Shown piece after piece: positions 1 through 8,963 of a stretch of 64,000 bases of DNA. Location of the stretch: NCBI GenBank assembly GCA_031431875.1, contig JANPEF010000106.1, positions 32,001 to 96,000 on the forward strand, read 5' to 3'. The first letter of the stretch is position 1. Each line of letters starts with the position of its first letter. Position numbers and translations under genes: made by a program. Below the pieces are notes generated by a model. It was not told the origin of the DNA. It saw nothing but the letters and a program-made list of their open reading frames with translations, and did no database searches. This DNA is from Candidatus Eiseniibacteriota bacterium. Lineage in GTDB: Bacteria; Eisenbacteria; RBG-16-71-46; DASYSL01.

Positions 1-1
1 C

Positions 2-532
2 ATCGCCGATCCCGCGCGCGTGCGGCTGGTCGCCTTCGATTCCGACGGCACGTTGACCGAGCGCGGCATCACCTGGGACGATCGTGGCGTCGGCACGCGG
101 CGCTTCGACGTGCGCGACGGGATCGCCATGCAGTGGGCGATGCAGGCCGGGCTACGGGTGGTCGTGATCTCCGGCAAGGAATCGCCGGCGACGAACGCGC
201 GCCTCGCCGAGCTCGGCGTGCCGGGGTTCCTGGGAGTGCTCGACAAGCCCGCCTGCCTCGCCGCGTTCGCCGCGTCGCACGGCCTCACGCTCGCCGATTG
301 CGCGTTCCTCGGCGACGACCTGCCCGACGTGCCCGTGATGCGCCAGGTCGCCTACCCGATGGCCGTCGCCGACGCGCACCCGATCGTGCACGCGGTCGCC
401 GCGTGGCGTACCGTCGCCGACGGTGGGCGCGGCGCGGGGCGCGAGGCGCTCGAGCACCTGCTGCGCGCCACCGGTCGCTGGCAGGCGATCCTCGCGCGCT
501 ACGACGCGGGCGATGTCGCGGTGTCGGCATGA
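2..532 (+). CDS. kdsC: KdsC-family HAD phosphatase (KDO 8-phosphate phosphatase), probably 5'-truncated by window edge
   Basis: AFDSDGTLT (DxDG), FDVRDG, ISGK, FLGDDLPD and GGRGAGRE motifs; frame open to the window start; stop overlaps kdsD ATG. Confidence 0.85.
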   Translation: MADPARVRLVAFDSDGTLTERGITWDDRGVGTRRFDVRDGIAMQWAMQAGLRVVVISGKESPATNARLAELGVPGFLGVLDKPACLAAFAASHGLTLADCAFLGDDLPDVPVMRQVAYPMAVADAHPIVHAVAAWRTVADGGRGAGREALEHLLRATGRWQAILARYDAGDVAVSA

Positions 533-1533
533 GCGGCGCCGCGCCGCGCACCGAGCTCGACGCGCTCGCGGCCGCACGCGCGTTGCTGCGCGCCCAGTCT
601 GCCGCGCTTGCCGCGGTGGCGACGCGGCTCGACGACGGGTTCGCGCGCGCCGTCTCGCTCCTCGCCGCGCGGCGCGGCAAGATCGTCGTCTCGGGGATCG
701 GCAAGAGCGGGCTGGTGGGTCGCAAGGTCGCAGCCACACTCACCTCGACGGGCGCGCCCGCCTTCTTCCTCCACCCGGTCGAGGCGCTGCATGGCGATGC
801 CGGGCTGGTCGAGGCGGGGGACGCCGCGATCGTTCTTTCCAAGAGCGGGGCAGGGGACGAACTGGCCGGCCTGTTGCCGCTGTTCGCCCGGCTCGCCGTG
901 CCGATCGTCGCGCTCACCGAACACGCCGACTCGCCGCTGGCACGCGCCGCAACGGTGGTCGTCGCGTTCGGCCCGATTGACGAGGCCGGCACCGTACCCG
1001 GCGCGCCGACCACGAGCACGCTGGTGAGCATGGCGCTGGGCGATGCGCTCGCCGCGGCGCTGGCCCGCGAGCGCGGGTTCGCTGCGGCCGACTTCCACTT
1101 CCTGCACCCGGGCGGCGTGCTCGGGCGGCGCGCCGCGATGCGCGTCGACGAACTCATGCACAGGGCACCCGACCTGCCGGTGGTGTGGTCCGGCGATTCC
1201 GTGCATGCCGCGTTGCTCGCGATCATGGCCGGACGACTCGGGCTGGCCTGCGTCGTCGATGAGGCCGGCGGGCTGTGCGGCATTCTCACCGACGGCGACC
1301 TCAAGCGCATCCTGCTCGCCCGGGGCGGCGAAAACGTGCTCGCGCTCCCGGTGGCCGAGGTGATGAATCGCCACCCGCGCACGATCGCCGGCGACGCCCT
1401 GGTCGCCGCTGCGGTCCGGGCGATGGAAGAGAACGAGCCGGGGCCCATTACGGCGCTCGTCGTGGTGGACGCGGAAGGTCGCCCTTCGGGCGTGCTGCAT
1501 CTGCACGACTGCATCCGGCTCGGGGTCCGCTGA
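529..1533 (+). CDS. kdsD: KpsF/GutQ arabinose-5-phosphate isomerase (SIS + CBS pair)
   Basis: GIGKSG, FLHPVEALHGD, APTTST, HPGG, GILTDGDLKR; ATGA overlap. Confidence 0.93.
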   Translation: MSGAAPRTELDALAAARALLRAQSAALAAVATRLDDGFARAVSLLAARRGKIVVSGIGKSGLVGRKVAATLTSTGAPAFFLHPVEALHGDAGLVEAGDAAIVLSKSGAGDELAGLLPLFARLAVPIVALTEHADSPLARAATVVVAFGPIDEAGTVPGAPTTSTLVSMALGDALAAALARERGFAAADFHFLHPGGVLGRRAAMRVDELMHRAPDLPVVWSGDSVHAALLAIMAGRLGLACVVDEAGGLCGILTDGDLKRILLARGGENVLALPVAEVMNRHPRTIAGDALVAAAVRAMEENEPGPITALVVVDAEGRPSGVLHLHDCIRLGVR

Positions 1534-1562
1534 GCGGTCCACCGGGCGGTCCGCGGACGCTG

Positions 1563-1579
1563 CTGGCATGCTTCCTGCA
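1563..1579 (+). promoter_or_regulatory. sigma54 (-24/-12) promoter-like site
   Basis: CTGGCATGCTTCCTGCA with GG(1565-66)-N10-GC(1577-78), intergenic, ~80 nt upstream of lptC ATG. Confidence 0.65.
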
Positions 1580-1656
1580 AGGCTTTCCTTGAATCCTCGC
1601 TCCCTCCTTTGTTAGCGTGCGGATGCACGGGGCGGACGCCCCGGGTGGGAGGTTCC

Positions 1657-2301
1657 ATGGTCGACGGGCGAACCCTCGGGTCGGACACGGACGCTCCGCG
1701 TCGCGCGCTGCGCGAGCGGTGCGCGGCGTCGTTGCGTGCGCTCATGGCCGTCGTGGCCATCGGCACCTGCGCGCCGCTCTCCGGCTGCAGCCGCGACACC
1801 ACGGTGCCACTCTCCCCGCGTGCCGCGAACCTGCCCAGCCAGGAAGTCACCGACTTCACGCTCGAGGAATCCGACACCGGCCGTCCCGAGTGGATCCTCG
1901 AGGCGAAGTACGCGGCCACCTATTCGCATCGCGGGCTCATCGTGGCGAAGGATGTGACGATCGACTTCTTCGACTCGGCGGGCGAGAAGTACTCGCACCT
2001 CACCGCTGCCGAGGGCACTGTGCAGCAGCCGGGCAACGACATGGAGGCGCGCGGAAAGGTGGTCGTCACGACGACCGACGGCACGCGCATCGCGACCGAG
2101 TCGTTGCGCTTCCTGCCGCGTCAGCGGCGCATCACGTCGGACCAGTTCGTGCGCTTCGAGCGCAATGGCGACGTGGTGACCGGGATCGGCTTCGAGAGCG
2201 ATCCGAGCCTCGAGCACTTCTCGATCAAGCGCGAGGTGAAGGCGCAGGTGCAGTCGAGCCCGGGCGGCGGCCTGCGTTTCGAGGAGCGCCGCGGCAAGTG
2301 A
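1657..2301 (+). CDS. lptC: LPS export periplasmic protein LptC, likely lipoprotein
   Basis: GGAGG RBS; LSGC lipobox; beta-jellyroll pattern (ITSDQFV, VTGIGFESD); lies between kdsD and lptB. Confidence 0.8.
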   Translation: MVDGRTLGSDTDAPRRALRERCAASLRALMAVVAIGTCAPLSGCSRDTTVPLSPRAANLPSQEVTDFTLEESDTGRPEWILEAKYAATYSHRGLIVAKDVTIDFFDSAGEKYSHLTAAEGTVQQPGNDMEARGKVVVTTTDGTRIATESLRFLPRQRRITSDQFVRFERNGDVVTGIGFESDPSLEHFSIKREVKAQVQSSPGGGLRFEERRGK

Positions 2302-3107
2302 TCGACTCCCCGCTCGACGCCACGCAGCCGGTCGCTCCCGTCGCTCCCGTCGACTCCGCGGAGCCCGCGCCGATGGCGCCCGGCGGCCCTGCGCTCGTCG
2401 CCACGGGACTCGTGCGTGCCTACGGCAAGCACCGCGTCGTCGACGACGTGAGCGTCACGGTGCGCCCGGGCGAGGTCGTCGGGCTGCTCGGGCCGAATGG
2501 CGCCGGCAAGACGACCACGTTCTACCTGATCGTCGGCCTGCTGCGTCCGGGCTCGGGGCGCATCCGCCTCGGTGACGAGGACCTGACCGACCTGCCCGTG
2601 TACCTCAGGGCGCGGCGCGGCATCGGCTACCTGGCACAGGAGCCGAGCATCTTCCGCAAGCTGTCGGTGCGCGACAACGTGCTGGCGGTGCTCGAGACGC
2701 TGCCCATTCCCGCGGTCGAGCGGCGGCGGCGACTCGACCAGTTGCTCGACGACCTGCACCTGACGGCGCTGGCCGACCGTCAGGGCACGAAGCTGTCGGG
2801 TGGGGAGAGGCGCCGGGTCGAGATCGCCCGCGCCCTCGCCACGCGACCGCGTTTCCTGCTGCTCGACGAGCCGTTCGTGGGCATCGACCCGATCGCCGTG
2901 TCCGAGATCCAGGACATCGTGCAGCGGCTCAAGGCCCAGGGGCTCGGCATGCTGATCACCGACCACAACGTGCGCGAGACGTTGCGCATCACCGACCGGG
3001 CCTCCATCATGTACGAGGGTCGGATCCTGGTCGAGGGCAGCGCGGCATACCTGACCACTCATCCCGAAGCCCGGAAGTTCTACCTCGGCGATCGCTTCGC
3101 CCTCTAG
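2298..3107 (+). CDS. lptB: LPS export ABC transporter ATPase
   Basis: GLLGPNGAGKTT, YLAQEPSIFRKL, LSGGERRRVEIAR, LITDHNVRET, YLG end. Confidence 0.96.
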   Translation: MIDSPLDATQPVAPVAPVDSAEPAPMAPGGPALVATGLVRAYGKHRVVDDVSVTVRPGEVVGLLGPNGAGKTTTFYLIVGLLRPGSGRIRLGDEDLTDLPVYLRARRGIGYLAQEPSIFRKLSVRDNVLAVLETLPIPAVERRRRLDQLLDDLHLTALADRQGTKLSGGERRRVEIARALATRPRFLLLDEPFVGIDPIAVSEIQDIVQRLKAQGLGMLITDHNVRETLRITDRASIMYEGRILVEGSAAYLTTHPEARKFYLGDRFAL

Positions 3108-3138
3108 GACGCGACCCCCGCCCGGAAGGATCGTCGGC

Positions 3139-4578
3139 ATGCACCAGAAACCCACGCTCGGACTCTCGCAGCAGCAGCGCCAGGTGATGACCCCGCAGAT
3201 GCAGCAGGCGCTCAAGCTGCTGCAGGTGCCGACGCTCGAGTTGCAGATGATGCTCAAGGAAGAGCTGACGCAGAACCCGTTCCTCGAGGAGGTCGACGAG
3301 TTCGCCGAGGTCGAGGACCAGAAGGCCGAGGGCGAGGACAACCCGCTCGAGCGGCAGGAGGAGGAGTCGGTGACCTCCGAGTCCGAGGCCTCGACCGAGA
3401 CCAAGGACGAGATCGACTGGTCCGACTACTCGCAGGACGACTTCGACCGCGTGCCCATGCCGCAGGGCGAGACCAACAGCGAGTTCTTCGAGAAGGTGCC
3501 GGTCCGCCGCGACAGCCTGGTCGAGCACCTGACGACCGAGCTGCACATGCTTCCCCTGTCCGAGGACGAACAGGCGCTGGGCGAGATCATCGTCGGCTCG
3601 CTCGACGACCGTGGCTACCTGGCGACGTCGATCGAGGACCTGGCCGAGTTCGCGAAGGCGACGGTCGAGGAGGTGCTGCGCCTGCTGGCGATCGTGCAGA
3701 CGCTCGAGCCGGCCGGCGTGGGCGCGCGCGACCTGCGCGAGTGCCTGCTCATCCAGCTCAAGGCGCGCGGGCAGGAGGGGACCCTCGCCTGGCGGATCAT
3801 CGAGACGCAGTTCGAAAACCTGAAGAACAACAAGCGCGCCGACATCGCGCGGGCGCTCAAGGTGACGGTCGAGCAGGTGCAGGACGCGACCGACTCCCTG
3901 GGCACGCTCTCGCCCAAGCCGGGATTCGAGCTGTCGGCCGAGGAAGCCCGCTATGTCGTGCCCGACCTCATCGTCGAGCGGGTGGGCGAGGACTACGTGG
4001 CGTTTCTCAACGACCGCAATGTCCCGCGGCTGCGCATCAACCAGGCGTACCAGTCGGTGCTCAGCGGCAAGCAGAAGGCGGGCCGCGAGGAGAAGAAGTA
4101 CGTCAATGACAAGCTGTCGGCGGCGCGCTGGCTGATCAAGACCATCGACCAGCGGCGGCGCACCATGATCAACGTCATGAACTGCATCATCCAGGAACAA
4201 CGGGAGTTCTTCGACAAGGGGATCCAATTCCTGCACCCGCTCACCCTGCAGGCCATCGCCCGCCAGGTCGGCGTGCACGAGTCGACGGTGAGCCGGGTCA
4301 CCAACAACAAGTACGTGCAGACTCCGCGCGGAATCTTCGAGCTCAAGTTCTTCTTCTCCAGCGGCCTGACGACGGACGACGGCGAGGATGTCTCGGCGCG
4401 CACGGCGCGCGACCGGATCAAGAACCTGATCGGGGACGAGGACTCGAAGGACCCGCTGTCGGACCAGAAGATCGCGGACCTCCTGCAGGCCGACGGACTC
4501 AACATCGCCCGCCGCACGGTGGCCAAGTATCGCGAGCAGCTCAGAATCCTGCCGGCCCGCATCCGCCGGCGCGTCTGA
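3139..4578 (+). CDS. rpoN: RNA polymerase sigma-54 factor
   Basis: Gln/Leu-rich region I, GVGARDLRECL, HESTVSR, RpoN box ARRTVAKYRE. Confidence 0.98.
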   Translation: MHQKPTLGLSQQQRQVMTPQMQQALKLLQVPTLELQMMLKEELTQNPFLEEVDEFAEVEDQKAEGEDNPLERQEEESVTSESEASTETKDEIDWSDYSQDDFDRVPMPQGETNSEFFEKVPVRRDSLVEHLTTELHMLPLSEDEQALGEIIVGSLDDRGYLATSIEDLAEFAKATVEEVLRLLAIVQTLEPAGVGARDLRECLLIQLKARGQEGTLAWRIIETQFENLKNNKRADIARALKVTVEQVQDATDSLGTLSPKPGFELSAEEARYVVPDLIVERVGEDYVAFLNDRNVPRLRINQAYQSVLSGKQKAGREEKKYVNDKLSAARWLIKTIDQRRRTMINVMNCIIQEQREFFDKGIQFLHPLTLQAIARQVGVHESTVSRVTNNKYVQTPRGIFELKFFFSSGLTTDDGEDVSARTARDRIKNLIGDEDSKDPLSDQKIADLLQADGLNIARRTVAKYREQLRILPARIRRRV

Positions 4579-4619
4579 CCCGTCGTCCAGAAGGGGCCAC
4601 GGCCCCGGAGGCATCGACC

Positions 4620-5192
4620 ATGCGCATTCACGTCACGAGCCGCCACGAACGGCTGACGCCGACCGTTCGTCGCTCGATCGAGGACCGGCTGCACAAGAGC
4701 TCCCGTTTCGCGGCACTGAGCGAGGTGCACGTCATCCTCGACGTGCAGAAGAACCGCCACGTGGCCGAGATCATCGCCCGCGCCGGTGGCAAGGAGGTCG
4801 TCGTCCGCGAGGTCTCGGCCGACGTGCGCACCTCGATCGACGCCGCGGTCGAGAGCCTCGAGGCGCGCGTCAAGCGGCTCAAGGAGAAGCGCAGCACGCA
4901 GCGCCTGCACGACGGCACGCGCCCGAACGGCGACGAGGCGATGGGCGCCATCCGCTCGGCCGCACGAGCCGCGCTGCCCGTGGCCGCGCCGAAGATCGTC
5001 GCCTCGCGTGGCGCGGGGACGAAACCGCTGAGCGTCGACGAGGCCGCCGAGCGCCTGCTCGCCACCGCGGCCGAGTACCTGGCGTTCGTCAACGCCGAGA
5101 CCGGGCGCCTGAACGTGCTGCACCGCCGGAAGGACGGCGACCTCGGCCTGATCGCGCCGAAGGAAGTGGTCGTGCGGCGCGGGCGCGGGTAG
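4620..5192 (+). CDS. hpf: Ribosome hibernation promoting factor (long HPF/RaiA)
   Basis: MRIHVTSRH N-domain; C-terminal KPLSVDEA...NVLHRRKDGDLGLI; follows rpoN. Confidence 0.9.
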   Translation: MRIHVTSRHERLTPTVRRSIEDRLHKSSRFAALSEVHVILDVQKNRHVAEIIARAGGKEVVVREVSADVRTSIDAAVESLEARVKRLKEKRSTQRLHDGTRPNGDEAMGAIRSAARAALPVAAPKIVASRGAGTKPLSVDEAAERLLATAAEYLAFVNAETGRLNVLHRRKDGDLGLIAPKEVVVRRGRG

Positions 5193-5200
5193 GGGACGGC

Positions 5201-6169
5201 GTGCAGAACCTGACCGCGGCCCGGCTGTTCGAGGAGCAACAGGCCGACCTCGAGCTCGAAGCGCTGACCGAGTCGCTCTCGTCCCAGCGCGACATCACGG
5301 TCGCCGACGTGCACCGGCCCGGGATGGCGCTCATGGGGTTCGACGAGAACTTCCTGCCCGAGCGCATCCAGATCCTGGGCCAGACCGAGATCGCCTACCT
5401 GGCGCAGCTCGCGCCGTCGGGCGCGCGGGAGGCGATCGATCGCCTGTTCGGCTTCACGCTGCCGTGCATCATGATCGCCAAGGGCCTCGAGCCGCCGGCC
5501 TACCTGCTCGAGCGCGCCGCTGCGGCCGACTGCCCGGTGCTGCGCTCGCCGCAGTCGACCACGCCGTTCATTCATTCCCTGACGGCGTATCTCGATGCGA
5601 TCTTCTCGCCGCAGACGACGCTGCACGGCTCGCTGGTCGACGTCTACGGCGTTGGCCTGCTGCTCACCGGCAAGAGCGGCATCGGCAAGAGCGAGTGCGC
5701 GCTCGACCTGGTCGAGCGCGGGCACCGGCTCGTCGCCGATGACGCGGTCACGGTCACGCGGCGGCACGGCAACGTGCTCATCGGTACGGGGAATGCGCTC
5801 CTGCGCCACCACATGGAGATCCGCGGCATCGGGATCATCGACGTGCAGAGCATCTTCGGGATCCGCTCGATCCGCGTGCAGAAGCGCGTCGAGGTGCAGT
5901 GCGACCTGCAACTCTGGGTGCCGGGCACCGAGTACGACCGCACGGGGCTCGACCAGCAGCGAATCGACGTGCTTGGCGTGCCCATCCCGTACGTGCCGAT
6001 CCCGATCGTGCCGGGCAAGAACATCACCGTCATCGCCGAGGTCGTCGCGCTGAATTACCTGACCCAGGCCTATGGCTACAATCCGGCCGAGAAGCTCAAT
6101 CGTCACCTGCTCGAGATGATGAAGCGCAAGAGCCAGAACCGCGCCTGGGTGCGCGAGGACATGGAATGA
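5201..6169 (+). CDS. hprK: HPr(Ser) kinase/phosphorylase
   Basis: HRPG, ERIQILG, GKSGIGKSECAL, GHRLVADD, EIRGIGII. Confidence 0.97.
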   Translation: MQNLTAARLFEEQQADLELEALTESLSSQRDITVADVHRPGMALMGFDENFLPERIQILGQTEIAYLAQLAPSGAREAIDRLFGFTLPCIMIAKGLEPPAYLLERAAAADCPVLRSPQSTTPFIHSLTAYLDAIFSPQTTLHGSLVDVYGVGLLLTGKSGIGKSECALDLVERGHRLVADDAVTVTRRHGNVLIGTGNALLRHHMEIRGIGIIDVQSIFGIRSIRVQKRVEVQCDLQLWVPGTEYDRTGLDQQRIDVLGVPIPYVPIPIVPGKNITVIAEVVALNYLTQAYGYNPAEKLNRHLLEMMKRKSQNRAWVREDME

Positions 6170-6630
6170 GCGAGCCCCGCCACGACACGGTTGCAGCCCC
6201 GGTCGCGCTCGTCCCCGCGCTGGTGGTCACCCACGGTGGGCTCGGCGCCGCGCTGCTCGGCGCGGCGCGCGCGATCGCGGGTGCCTTTACCGGGCTCGAG
6301 GCGATCTCCAACGACGGGCTGTCGCGCGATGCGCTGGTCGCCGCCGTCGGCGACCGGATCGCCGGGTTCGGGCCGGCGGGGGGCATCGTGTTTGCCGACG
6401 TCGCCGGCGGCTCGTGCGCACAGGCCGCGCTGGCTGCGGCCGCCCGTGGCGCGCCCGGCCCGGTGCGCGTGCTCTCCGGCGTCAATCTGCCGATGGTGCT
6501 CGACTACCTGCACAACCGCACGCGCCTCGAGCCGGCCGCGCTGGCCGATCACGTGCAGGCGCGCGGTCGGGCCTCGGTGCAACTGCTCGAGCCGCCCGCC
6601 GCGGCCACCGCCCCGGAGGGCGCGGAATGA
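6166..6630 (+). CDS. PTS mannose/fructose-class EIIA
   Basis: VVTHGG phospho-His, DVAGGS, GVNLPMVL. Confidence 0.85.
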   Translation: MSEPRHDTVAAPVALVPALVVTHGGLGAALLGAARAIAGAFTGLEAISNDGLSRDALVAAVGDRIAGFGPAGGIVFADVAGGSCAQAALAAAARGAPGPVRVLSGVNLPMVLDYLHNRTRLEPAALADHVQARGRASVQLLEPPAAATAPEGAE

Positions 6631-7124
6631 GCGTCGCGCTCGTGCGGGTCGATGACCGCCTGCTGCACGGTCAGGTGCTGCTCGCCTGGGGCTGCGCGCT
6701 GGCCGCCGATCGCTACCTCGTGGTCGACGACGCGCTGGCCGCGAGCCCGTTCGAGAGCGCCCTGGTGCAGAGCTGCGGCGGCGACGCCGAGGTCGCGATC
6801 GTGCCACTGGCCGAGGGTGCGCGCCGCTTCGCCGAGGAGGAGGCGCGCGCCGGCAGCGCCGTCGCCCTGGTGCGGGGGCTGCCCGAGGCGCTGGCCCTGG
6901 CGCGCGCCGTGCGCGACGCGGGCGGGCGGCTCGAGCGCGTGAACCTGGGCGGCGTGCACCACGCGCCCGGCAAGGAGCGCGTCCACGACTTCGTCTACCT
7001 GGGCCCCGAGGACCGCGCCGCGCTGGCGGCGCTGCGCGAGCTGTCCGTGCGCGTCGTCGTCCAGGACGTGCCGGCCTCGACGCCGTTCGACGCACCGCCG
7101 GCGTGGAGCGCCCGGGTCGCGTGA
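6627..7124 (+). CDS. PTS mannose/sorbose-class EIIB
   Basis: RVDDRLLHGQV, VNLGGVH, QDVP. Confidence 0.9.
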   Translation: MSVALVRVDDRLLHGQVLLAWGCALAADRYLVVDDALAASPFESALVQSCGGDAEVAIVPLAEGARRFAEEEARAGSAVALVRGLPEALALARAVRDAGGRLERVNLGGVHHAPGKERVHDFVYLGPEDRAALAALRELSVRVVVQDVPASTPFDAPPAWSARVA

Positions 7125-7831
7125 ACGTCCTCCCCGCGGTCTTCGGCACGCTGCTGTGGGGCGCATGGGTCGCGGCCGATGCGACGGCGTTCGTGCAGCT
7201 GCTGATCAGCCAGCCGATCGTCGCGGGCACGGTGACGGGTTGGCTGTGGGGGCGGCCGGCGATCGGCCTCGAACTCGGCGCCATCCTCCAGTTGTTCGCC
7301 TGTGGCGTGCTGCCGCTGGGTGGTCGCACGCCCGAGGACTTCCCGGCCGGCGCCGTGGTCGGCGTGGCGGTCGCTTCCTCGGTTGACCTGGCGTTGCCCG
7401 TCGCCTCGGCGCAGGGCGGTCCGCTGCTCTACGGCGCGTGCGTCGCGTTCGCGGTCGCGCTGCTCGGCAAGCCGCTGCTGGTGTGGCAGCGGCGGCGTAA
7501 CGAGCGTCTCGCCGCGTGGTGTGACGTCGAGCTGATGGCCGGCAACCTGGGGGCGCTGGGCCGCGCGCAGGTTGCCGGCGTGGCGCAGGCCGCCGCGGTG
7601 GGACTGGTGTGGACCGGTACTGCGATGCTGGTCTTCGGCCTGCTCGCAGGCCCGTTGTTCCGCACGCAGGGCGTGGCCCTGGGGCAGGCCTGGCACCTGG
7701 GTTCGCCGCTGTTGTGGGGCTTCGGTGCGGGGCTGGTGGCGAAGGGCTTCGTGCGCGGGCGACGGCCGACGTTGTTCTTCTGGTTCGCCTTGACCGCCTT
7801 CCTCGTGCTTCGCCTGGCGCAGCCGTCGTGA
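7121..7831 (+). CDS. PTS mannose-class EIIC (short, divergent)
   Basis: QLLISQPIVAG, GAILQL, LPLGGRTP; hydrophobic; operon position. Confidence 0.8.
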   Translation: MNVLPAVFGTLLWGAWVAADATAFVQLLISQPIVAGTVTGWLWGRPAIGLELGAILQLFACGVLPLGGRTPEDFPAGAVVGVAVASSVDLALPVASAQGGPLLYGACVAFAVALLGKPLLVWQRRRNERLAAWCDVELMAGNLGALGRAQVAGVAQAAAVGLVWTGTAMLVFGLLAGPLFRTQGVALGQAWHLGSPLLWGFGAGLVAKGFVRGRRPTLFFWFALTAFLVLRLAQPS

Positions 7832-8688
7832 GCGTGATTCCGCCCATGCCCGAGTCACCCGAGTCACCCGAGTCGCCGAAGCCGCCGGTCGCCGCGCCGG
7901 TCGTGGCACCACCGCCGCGGACCCGGCTCCTGACGTCGCAGGTGCTGGGTGCGGCGTTCGCGCGGCTGTTCCTGCTGCAGGCGACGTGGAACTACGAGCG
8001 CATGCAGGGGCTCGGGCTCGCCCACGCGCTGGCGCCCGTCGCGCGCGCACTGGAGAAGGATGAGGCTGCGGCCGCCCGCGCGCTGGTGCCGCACGCGGGT
8101 TACTTCAACACGCACCCGGTGATGGCGTCGGTCGCGGTCGGCGTGATCGCCGGCGAGATGGAGAAGCGCGCCGCCGGCGAGCCCGCTCTCGATGATGCCG
8201 GGCTCTTGCGCGCCAAGCAGGCGCTCGGCGCGTCGCTCGCCGCGGCGGGCGATCCGCTGTTCTGGAACGCGCTGCGCCCGATGGTCGCGCTGGCCGCGGT
8301 CTACGCGTGGCGCGAGGAACGCTCGCCGGTCGGGTTGTTCACCTTCCTCGCCGGCTACAACGTCATCGCCGTGGGCTACCGGATCCGCGGCCTGTTCGAG
8401 GGCTACCGCCGCGGGCTCGCCTACGTGGCGAACCTGCCGCGCCGACTGGCGCGGCTTACCGACGCCCTGCGCCTGCTCGGCGTCGTGCTCGCCGCGCTGC
8501 TGATCTCGACGATCCTGATCCCCGACGGTCCGGCGGCGCCACGACAGGTCCTGGCGGGCTCGATCGGGCTCGGGCTCGGTGCGCTGGCCTTGGGGCGCGC
8601 GCGGCTGGGCCCGGCCGAGTGGGGCGTCGCCCTGTCCCTCAGCGTCCTCGCCTGGGTCACCATCGGCCCGGGCCTCTCCCCGTTCTGA
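7828..8688 (+). CDS. PTS mannose-class EIID
   Basis: QATWNYERMQGLG, YFNTHP, AAAGDPLFW; alternative ATG at 7846. Confidence 0.88.
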   Translation: MSVIPPMPESPESPESPKPPVAAPVVAPPPRTRLLTSQVLGAAFARLFLLQATWNYERMQGLGLAHALAPVARALEKDEAAAARALVPHAGYFNTHPVMASVAVGVIAGEMEKRAAGEPALDDAGLLRAKQALGASLAAAGDPLFWNALRPMVALAAVYAWREERSPVGLFTFLAGYNVIAVGYRIRGLFEGYRRGLAYVANLPRRLARLTDALRLLGVVLAALLISTILIPDGPAAPRQVLAGSIGLGLGALALGRARLGPAEWGVALSLSVLAWVTIGPGLSPF

Positions 8689-8696
8689 AAGGCGCC

Positions 8697-8963
8697 ATGG
8701 TCGAAGCCGAGCTCACGATCACGAATCGCCAGGGCCTGCACGCCCGCGCCTGCCAGAAGTTCGTGCACCTCGCCTCGGCGTACCAGGCCGAGGTGTTCGT
8801 GACCCGCGACGGTGTCGAGGTCAACGGCAAGAGCATCCTCGGCGTCATGATGCTCGCCGCCGAGCCCGGGGCCGCCATCCGCGTGCGCGCCGACGGGCCC
8901 GACGAGACGGCTGCGCTGGCCGCGCTGACGCAGCTGGTGGAGGACAAGTTTGGCGAAGAGTGA
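8697..8963 (+). CDS. ptsH: Phosphocarrier HPr
   Basis: GLHAR (His15), VNGKSILG (Ser46), FGEE end. Confidence 0.95.
   Translation: MVEAELTITNRQGLHARACQKFVHLASAYQAEVFVTRDGVEVNGKSILGVMMLAAEPGAAIRVRADGPDETAALAALTQLVEDKFGEE

Noticed and set aside
7849..7876. (CCCGAGTCA)-type repeat in IID, similar repeat at ~2330 and GCC run at ~51710
   Set aside because: Short in-frame low-complexity coding repeats
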